This document shows, piece by piece, positions 54,754 through 60,983 of a stretch of DNA of 60,983 nucleotides (positions are counted from its first letter, which is position 1; each line of letters begins with the position of its first letter). A model generated the notes under the pieces. It did no database searches, was not told the DNA's origin, and saw nothing but the letters and a program-made list of their open reading frames with translations. The translations under genes and the position numbers were made by a program. This stretch comes from Gemmatimonadales bacterium (lineage in GTDB: Bacteria > Gemmatimonadota > Gemmatimonadetes > Gemmatimonadales > GWC2-71-9): NCBI GenBank assembly GCA_041613315.1, contig JBFJHJ010000017.1:1-60983 (forward strand). Direction: 5' to 3'.

Positions 54754-55442
54754 GGCGGTCGTTCTCCGAACAGCACAGTTCCCAAGCGCACCATCGTGGC
54801 GCCTTCGGCCACGGCGGCGCGGTAATCGCCGGACATGCCCATCGACAGCTCTGGGAGGGCGCGTCCCGCCCCCGCCAGTCGATCCCGAAGCTCGCGGAGC
54901 CGGCCGAACACCGCGCGCTGGGTCCCCTCATCGTCCGTGAGCGGCGCTATCGTCATCAGGCCACCGAGCCGGAGCTGCGGCTGGGCGGCGATGTGCCCAG
55001 CGATCTCGGCCGCCGCCGGCGGCGCGCAGCCGCTCTTCTGAGCCTCCGCCGACACGTTCACCTGGAGCAGCACGCCGAGCACAGGCGCGCCCGCCCGGTC
55101 CACCGCCCGCGCGAGCGCATCCGCCACCCGCAACGAGTCCACCGAGTGCACCATGGCGAAGCGACCGGCCACGTGCTTGGCCTTGTTCGTCTGGACGTGG
55201 CCGACCAAGTGCCACACCACCGGCAGCCCGGTGAGCGCCTCCTGCTTCGCCAGGGCCTCTTGCACCCGGCTCTCCCCAACGTCCGGCACCCCCGCCTCGA
55301 GGGCGGCGCGGACGGCGTTCACCGGGTGCCCTTTGGTGACGGCGACGATCCGCACCGTGCCCCGCAGCCCCTCCCGAGCCTGGACGCGGGCGATCTCCTC
55401 CCGCACCCGCGCGAGGTTGCCCGGGAGCACCGCGAATCCCAT
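54750..55442 (-). CDS. yggS: PLP homeostasis protein YggS
   Basis: VAVTKG, GESRVQE, WHLVGHVQTNK, HSVDS, GLMT, LSMGMSGDY, VRLGT. ATG at 55442. Confidence 0.95.
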   Translation of the reverse strand: MGFAVLPGNLARVREEIARVQAREGLRGTVRIVAVTKGHPVNAVRAALEAGVPDVGESRVQEALAKQEALTGLPVVWHLVGHVQTNKAKHVAGRFAMVHSVDSLRVADALARAVDRAGAPVLGVLLQVNVSAEAQKSGCAPPAAAEIAGHIAAQPQLRLGGLMTIAPLTDDEGTQRAVFGRLRELRDRLAGAGRALPELSMGMSGDYRAAVAEGATMVRLGTVLFGERPP

Positions 55443-55516
55443 AGCCAGTGAAAGTAGCGACCGCTCCGCCGCCCGACCACCCGCGCCGGCACCGCGAGGG
55501 CGGCTGCCGTGGGCGA

Positions 55517-57925
55517 TCAGGGCCGCGCCGCAGGGGGATCCAGCAGGGTATCCGCGAAGGCCGGGAGCGACTCGAGCTGCAGCAAGCCAGCGAGCTGGGA
55601 CAGGGGGTTCAGGTGGTAGGCCTTGCGCAGCGCCTCGACACTCCGCCAACGGTCGCCCCGGAGCTCGTACGCCTGGCCCAGGGCGTAGAAGGGGAAGCTC
55701 AGATTCGTCGTGATGTTCCGCTCGGTCGGCCCCAGCACGAGCGTGTCCACCGAGAACAGCCCGGCGTAGCGGTACACCTGGTTCACCAGCGTATCGGTAC
55801 GCGGCAGGTCGAGGGGCACCGCGAGCACGCCGGGCGTGAGCCGCGTGGAGTCCGGCGCCGCCACCGCATGCAGGCGCAACACCAGGGCCTCCTGGGTGAG
55901 GTGGGGCGCGAAGTGCTGCCAGCTGCCGCTTCCCGAGGTGAGCGAGAAGTACAGGGGCCGCCGATTCCAGTTCTCCTGGATCAGGCGCAGGATCAGGACG
56001 TCCTTCACGTAGATCGGTGTGTTCTCGGCAAGGACGGCGCTCACGCGGCCGGCGCGGAAGTGCACCGCCTGTGGGAGGAGCATGGCTCGCAGCTGGCCGA
56101 TGTTCTCGTCCGTCCACGAGTGAAGCGCCGGAGGCGGCGCCTCAGGGGCCAGGGTCGCGAACCACGGCGCCTGCTCGGGCTCGAACGGCCGCACCGGGTT
56201 GTCCCGCAGCTGCCGGATGTACCAGTCGGTGTTCCCCAGGGAGAGGTTCACGACCGAGACGTCCTGTCGAATCCCTTCCACCTCCTGCGCGTACCACAGC
56301 GGGAAGGTGTCGTTGTCCCCGTTCGTGAAGATGATGCCGTACGGCTCCGCCGACTGTAGCAGATCGTACGCGAAGTCCCGGGCCAACAGCGCCTCCGGCC
56401 CATGGGCCCGGCTCGCCGCCCGGGCATTGAACGCGAGCGGGACGAGCGCGAACACCAAGAGCCCCGCGGCAGCGCGCCCGCCCTCGCGCCCTCCCAGCCG
56501 GTCGCGCACCATCCGATACAGACCGGCGAGCCCCACGCCCGCGAAGATCCCCCACACCAGGAACGACACCGTGAAGAAGTAATCCCGCTCGCGGACCTCG
56601 TGCATCTCGAACGACGGGTACTGGTCGTACGCCAGGGAGAATCCCGGCTTGAAGTTCATGTACCCGACCAGCGCCGGCCCCGTGGTTAGGAAGAGCAGCA
56701 GCAGCAGCCAGAACAGCGAGCGGTCGCGCTGGTGCACGACCGACGCGCCGAAGACGCCCAGCGTGGTGAACGCCAGGGTAAACGGCAACCGCGATACCGC
56801 GAAGACCGGGTTGGACGTCTCCAGGCTGTTCGCCCATTGCCAGTCGAAGTACTGCAGGTAGTTGGCGATCTGCCAGAGGATCAGCCCCAGCGACCGCCCG
56901 GGGTTGTCGGGGCCGGAGAGAAAGATCGGGTTGTCGATCGGCGAGCGCGGCGGGTACTGCTCCCGGCGGATCACGGCCACGAGGCTGTCCCACGTCGACG
57001 GGTCGGCCTCGTTGATAAAGGGCCCCACTTGCGAGCGGAAATACAGGAACAGGTAGGTGGACGCGCCCACGGCAGCGATGCCGAGCACGGTGGCGGCGAA
57101 CGGCAGTGCGCCCACCCAGGCCGCGTAGATGGCCGCGGCGGCGAAGGCGACGCCCCCCACCACCAGCAGCTCCGTGCTCCCCAGCCCGGTGCCGATGAGG
57201 AGGGCCCATACCCCGCAGAGCACCCACCACTGGGCCCACTCGATCTGGCGGTCCTGCTCGCGAGGGAGCGGGTCCGCCCGGAGCACGTGCCACATGAAGC
57301 CGATGATCGCCGGCCCCACGAGCAGGGTGAGGAGATGGTTGCCGAGCGACACGGCCGCCAGGTAGACGATCAGCAACAGCAGGTGGGGCGCCCGTTCCCC
57401 ACCCCGACTCCGGCGCCATAGCCACGCGAGCCAGCACATGGCGGCGATGCTGAGCGTGGCCACCATGTAGACTTCGGTCTCGTTGGAGTTCTGCCAGACG
57501 GTGAAGGTGAAGGCCGAAACCAGCGCGGCGGCCATCGCGCCGCCCACCGTGAAGATGCGGTCGTCCGCCAGCTCGTCCTCCAGCGCTCGCCGTCCCCACC
57601 CGGTCAGGCCCCGGTTCACCAGCAGGAAGAAGAACCCCGCCGCGGCGGCGCTGAACGTCGCCGTCATGAGGTTGGTGCGATACGCCCAGCTGCCGACCCG
57701 GACGATGGTCGCCCACACGTGGCCGATGAGCACGAAGAGGGGCGTTCCCGGCGGATGCGGGATCCCGAGGATCTTGCTCGTCGCGATGAATTCGCCGGCG
57801 TCCCAAAACGTGACCGAGGGGGCCAGGGTCCACACGTAGATCAGGAGGACGACAGCGAACACCGCGAACGCCGCCCGGTACGGCGGCTGCGGGTCACGGA
57901 CGGACGGGGTGCCGGCGTGGGCCAT
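55517..57925 (-). CDS. DUF2723 / TMEM260-like GT-C membrane glycosyltransferase
   Basis: WDAGEF...GIPHPPGTPLF, ETEVY, RERDYFF, NGDNDTFPLWY; more than 10 TM segments. Confidence 0.82.
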   Translation of the reverse strand: MAHAGTPSVRDPQPPYRAAFAVFAVVLLIYVWTLAPSVTFWDAGEFIATSKILGIPHPPGTPLFVLIGHVWATIVRVGSWAYRTNLMTATFSAAAAGFFFLLVNRGLTGWGRRALEDELADDRIFTVGGAMAAALVSAFTFTVWQNSNETEVYMVATLSIAAMCWLAWLWRRSRGGERAPHLLLLIVYLAAVSLGNHLLTLLVGPAIIGFMWHVLRADPLPREQDRQIEWAQWWVLCGVWALLIGTGLGSTELLVVGGVAFAAAAIYAAWVGALPFAATVLGIAAVGASTYLFLYFRSQVGPFINEADPSTWDSLVAVIRREQYPPRSPIDNPIFLSGPDNPGRSLGLILWQIANYLQYFDWQWANSLETSNPVFAVSRLPFTLAFTTLGVFGASVVHQRDRSLFWLLLLLFLTTGPALVGYMNFKPGFSLAYDQYPSFEMHEVRERDYFFTVSFLVWGIFAGVGLAGLYRMVRDRLGGREGGRAAAGLLVFALVPLAFNARAASRAHGPEALLARDFAYDLLQSAEPYGIIFTNGDNDTFPLWYAQEVEGIRQDVSVVNLSLGNTDWYIRQLRDNPVRPFEPEQAPWFATLAPEAPPPALHSWTDENIGQLRAMLLPQAVHFRAGRVSAVLAENTPIYVKDVLILRLIQENWNRRPLYFSLTSGSGSWQHFAPHLTQEALVLRLHAVAAPDSTRLTPGVLAVPLDLPRTDTLVNQVYRYAGLFSVDTLVLGPTERNITTNLSFPFYALGQAYELRGDRWRSVEALRKAYHLNPLSQLAGLLQLESLPAFADTLLDPPAARP

Positions 57926-57970
57926 GCGTGACGGGTCTGGGGTCTGGAGTCCGATGGTTGGTGGTGCGCG

Positions 57971-58780
57971 TCAGGCGGGGGAAGGCTCGCGACGCGACGC
58001 CGCCAGCGCAAGTGCCTCCGGCTGGGAGGTCGTGAGCATCTGGCGCAATTGATCGGGCGTGATGCCGCGCTTGAGGACCCCGCGGACGGCAGTGGAGATG
58101 TGGGACGTCTCCTCCGAGACCACGATGAGCAGCGCGTCGCTCTCTTCGGAGAGGCCCAGGGCCGCGCGGTGGCGCGTGCCCAGCGACTTGTCCGACACCG
58201 GGAACTGCGTGAGCGGCAAGACGCACCCCGCCGCGACGATGTGGTCGCCGCGGATCACGACGGCGCCATCGTGCAGCGGCGAATACGGCGTGAAGATCGT
58301 CGTCAGCAGGTCCGCCGTAACACCGGCCCGCATCTCCGTCCCGCCCTCGACGTACTCGGTGAGGGACACTTCACGCTCGACAGCGATGATCGCCCCGGTG
58401 CCGTCCCGGGCAAGCCGTGCCACGGCATCCACGATCTCATCCGCCACCTCATCGGTGTGGCCGGTGCCGAGAAAGCTGCTGATGGCGCGGGAGCGGCCGA
58501 GCCGCGCGAGGGCGTGGCGCAGCTCCGGCTGGAAGACCACGACGGCGGCGAACGCCCCGTAGGTGAACACCAGTCCCAGAAGCGTCGTGATCATGTTCAG
58601 CTTCAGCAGGAGCGCGGCGAAGTACATCAATCCGAGCACCGAGAGGCCGATCAGGATCTGCAGGGCCCGTGTGCCGGCGAGAAACAGGAGCACGCGGTAG
58701 ATGACGTACGCGACGATGAGAATCTGAACGACATCGTACGCGTCGGGAACCAGGAAGCGCAGCTGCTCGATCCAGCGCAT
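57971..58780 (-). CDS. cdaA: Diadenylate cyclase CdaA/DacA
   Basis: Three N-terminal TMs, FQPELR, LHDGA, GTRHRAA, VSEE. ATG at 58780. Confidence 0.93.
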   Translation of the reverse strand: MRWIEQLRFLVPDAYDVVQILIVAYVIYRVLLFLAGTRALQILIGLSVLGLMYFAALLLKLNMITTLLGLVFTYGAFAAVVVFQPELRHALARLGRSRAISSFLGTGHTDEVADEIVDAVARLARDGTGAIIAVEREVSLTEYVEGGTEMRAGVTADLLTTIFTPYSPLHDGAVVIRGDHIVAAGCVLPLTQFPVSDKSLGTRHRAALGLSEESDALLIVVSEETSHISTAVRGVLKRGITPDQLRQMLTTSQPEALALAASRREPSPA

Positions 58781-59634
58781 CAGGCGCTCCGCACCGCGTC
58801 GGCCACGGCCAGCGCGTCTCGCACGGGACCGGGCGCATGCACGCGGAACAGCCGCGCGCCCAGCTCGTAGGCCGTGAGGCACGCGGCGGCCGTCGCGACG
58901 TCCCTGGCGTGCACATCACGGCCCGTCGCCACGCCAAGGAAGCGCTTGCGGGAGGGCCCGACCATGACCGGCCGCCCCAGGGTGAGGAGCGCCGGGAGGT
59001 CGTGCAGGATCCGGTAGCTATGCTCGGGTCGCTTGGCGAAGCCTAGGCCGGGATCCAACACGATCCGCTCCTCCGCGACGCCCGCCGCCAGCGCCCGCGC
59101 GATCGCCGCACGCAGCTCAGCGACCACCTCCGCGGTGACGCTCTGATAGACCGCGTGCTCATCGCTCGCCATGGTGCGCACCGTGCCGCGAGAGTGCATC
59201 AGGATCAGGCCGGCACCGGTCGCGGCGCACGCGTCGGCGATGCCCGGGTCGAGGCGGAGCCCCGAGACATCGTTCACCGCCCAAACACCGGCCTCGAGGG
59301 CCCGACGCGCCGTCTCGGCCTTCACCGTGTCCACGCTCAGCGGCACCTGCGGTAGCCGCTGGGCGAGGCCGGCCAGGACCGGCCGCAGTCGCCGCCATTC
59401 CTCGTCCGGCGGCACGGGCGGCGGCTGTCCGGGGCGCGTGGATTCCGCGCCCACGTCGAGCATGTCGGCGCCCTCGGCCACCAGCGCCTCGGCGTGGGCC
59501 AGCGCGTGCCCCGGATCGAGCCAGCGGCCGCCGTCGCTGAAGGAATCCGGGGTGACGTTGAGGATCCCGACCACAATCGGCCGGTCGAGAGGGAGCGTGC
59601 CTCGCGCCATCGACCAGCCGGCGGCCGACCTCAC
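58780..59634 (-). CDS. folP: Dihydropteroate synthase
   Basis: [47 protein letters not shown]. Confidence 0.97.
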   Translation of the reverse strand: MRSAAGWSMARGTLPLDRPIVVGILNVTPDSFSDGGRWLDPGHALAHAEALVAEGADMLDVGAESTRPGQPPPVPPDEEWRRLRPVLAGLAQRLPQVPLSVDTVKAETARRALEAGVWAVNDVSGLRLDPGIADACAATGAGLILMHSRGTVRTMASDEHAVYQSVTAEVVAELRAAIARALAAGVAEERIVLDPGLGFAKRPEHSYRILHDLPALLTLGRPVMVGPSRKRFLGVATGRDVHARDVATAAACLTAYELGARLFRVHAPGPVRDALAVADAVRSA

Positions 59635-60983
59635 GCGCCGGCGGGCTCCGCAGGCGGCGTGCCGAGGACCGGGCCCCGCTCGGGGCTCTGTGCCTTCTTG
59701 CTCCCGGCCGCGCCGGGCTTCACCGGGCCCGCCGCCGGCTCGAGCGCGGGCGCGCGCGGCGGGAGGTCCTCGCCACCGGCGAGAAGCTCGACCTCCTCCC
59801 GGTCGAGCGTCTCGCGCTCGAGCAGCGCCGCGGCCATGCGGTGCAGCGTCTCCAGGTCCGCCTCCAGGATGGCCCGCGCCCGCTGGTACGCCGCGTCGAG
59901 GAACCGCTTGACTTCCCCGTCCACCAGCTCGGCGGTTTTTTCCGAGACCTCGCGCCGCTGCGAAATCTCGCGACCCAGGAAGATCTGCTCCTCCCGGTCC
60001 CCAACCGCCACCGGGCCCACGACGTCGCTCATCCCGAATTGCGTGACCATCCGCCGCGCCATCTCCGTTGCCTGCTGGATGTCCTGGGCGGCGCCGGTCG
60101 TGACCTTCTCGTGCCCAAAGATGATCTCTTCGGCGACGCGCCCGCCGTACGCCATCGCCAACCGGCCGTGGATGTACTCCTTCGTGTAGTTGTGGCGGTC
60201 TTCTTCGGGCAGCGAGAACGTGATGCCGAGCGCCCGACCGCGCGGCACGATGCTCACCTTGTGCACGGGATCGAGCCCCGGGACGCGGATGCTCACCAGC
60301 GCGTGCCCCGCCTCGTGGTACGCCGTCAGCCTGCGCTCTTCCTCGGAGAGGACCAGGCTCTTGCGCTCGACGCCCAGCATCACCTTGTCCTTGGCGTCCT
60401 CGATGTCGACCATCTCGACGCGCTGCTTGTTGCGCCGGGCGGCGAGCAACGCCGCCTCGTTGACGATGTTGGCCAGATCGGCGCCGGCGAGCCCCGGGGT
60501 GGCCCGGGCGATCACGTCGAGCCGGACGTCGTCCGCGAGGGGGATCTTGCGCGAGTGGACCTTGAGGATCATCTCGCGGCCCCGGACGTCCGGCATGTCA
60601 ACGACGATCTGTCGGTCGAAGCGTCCCGGCCGCAGCAGCGCGGGGTCGAGCACGTCCGGGCGGTTCGTCGCCGCAATGAGGATCACACCCTCGTTGGACT
60701 CGAAGCCGTCCATCTCGACGAGCAACTGATTGAGGGTCTGCTCCCGCTCGTCGTGTCCGCCACCGAGCCCAGCGCCCCGATGCCGGCCCACGGCGTCAAT
60801 CTCGTCGATGAAGATGAGGCACGGTGCGTGCGCCTTGCCCTGCTCGAAGAGGTCCCGCACCCGGCTGGCGCCGACGCCGACGAACATCTCCCCGAAGTCG
60901 GAGCCCGAGATGGAGAAGAACGGCACGTTGACCTCGCCGGCGATGGCGCGCGCGAGCAGCGTCTTGCCGGTGCCCGGGGGTCC
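59631..60983 (-). CDS. ftsH: ATP-dependent zinc metalloprotease FtsH (5' part outside the window)
   Basis: GPPGTGKT at the window edge, [34 protein letters not shown]. Confidence 0.98.
   Translation of the reverse strand, partial: GPPGTGKTLLARAIAGEVNVPFFSISGSDFGEMFVGVGASRVRDLFEQGKAHAPCLIFIDEIDAVGRHRGAGLGGGHDEREQTLNQLLVEMDGFESNEGVILIAATNRPDVLDPALLRPGRFDRQIVVDMPDVRGREMILKVHSRKIPLADDVRLDVIARATPGLAGADLANIVNEAALLAARRNKQRVEMVDIEDAKDKVMLGVERKSLVLSEEERRLTAYHEAGHALVSIRVPGLDPVHKVSIVPRGRALGITFSLPEEDRHNYTKEYIHGRLAMAYGGRVAEEIIFGHEKVTTGAAQDIQQATEMARRMVTQFGMSDVVGPVAVGDREEQIFLGREISQRREVSEKTAELVDGEVKRFLDAAYQRARAILEADLETLHRMAAALLERETLDREEVELLAGGEDLPPRAPALEPAAGPVKPGAAGSKKAQSPERGPVLGTPPAEPAGA

Overview
Chromosomal core region of a very GC-rich bacterium. 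Gene content and order suggest Gemmatimonadota; this is an inference, not a database result. Almost everything from 4.9 kb to the right edge is on the minus strand. In transcription order it holds: ftsH (partial)-folP-cdaA-DUF2723; yggS-divIVA-punA-ileS(type 2)-DksA/TraR-like-lspA-rluD; a 19-gene, ~18 kb tightly coupled signalling operon; a small membrane protein with tRNA-Val; a secreted TPR protein; tRNA-Asp; the dcw cluster (rsmH to ftsZ, without mraZ/murB/ddl), followed by an M23 peptidase, an orphan HisA-like gene, a VWA membrane protein, ftsY and recG; an arsR-arsM pair; and phhB, asnS, mazG, alr and deoB (partial). The most notable element is the 30.4-48.3 kb operon. In it a receptor-less CheC/CheD-type chemosensory set (cheW-cheY-cheA-cheC ... 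cheR-cheD-cheB-cheW-cheW) is split by an 8-gene block. The block encodes MglA, three roadblock/MglB-type domains, TPR scaffolds, two DUF4388 proteins with tandem MshEN-like c-di-GMP motifs, and a protein made of two DnaA AAA+ domains with no DNA-binding domain. Also seen: probable non-canonical start codons (ATT for rluD, ACG for a metallopeptidase), several near-consensus sigma70 promoters implying leaderless or short-leader mRNAs, a bidirectional alr/mazG promoter, and an IleRS2 with a GIHH signature. No mobile elements, CRISPR arrays or rRNA were seen. All product calls come from motif recognition by eye.
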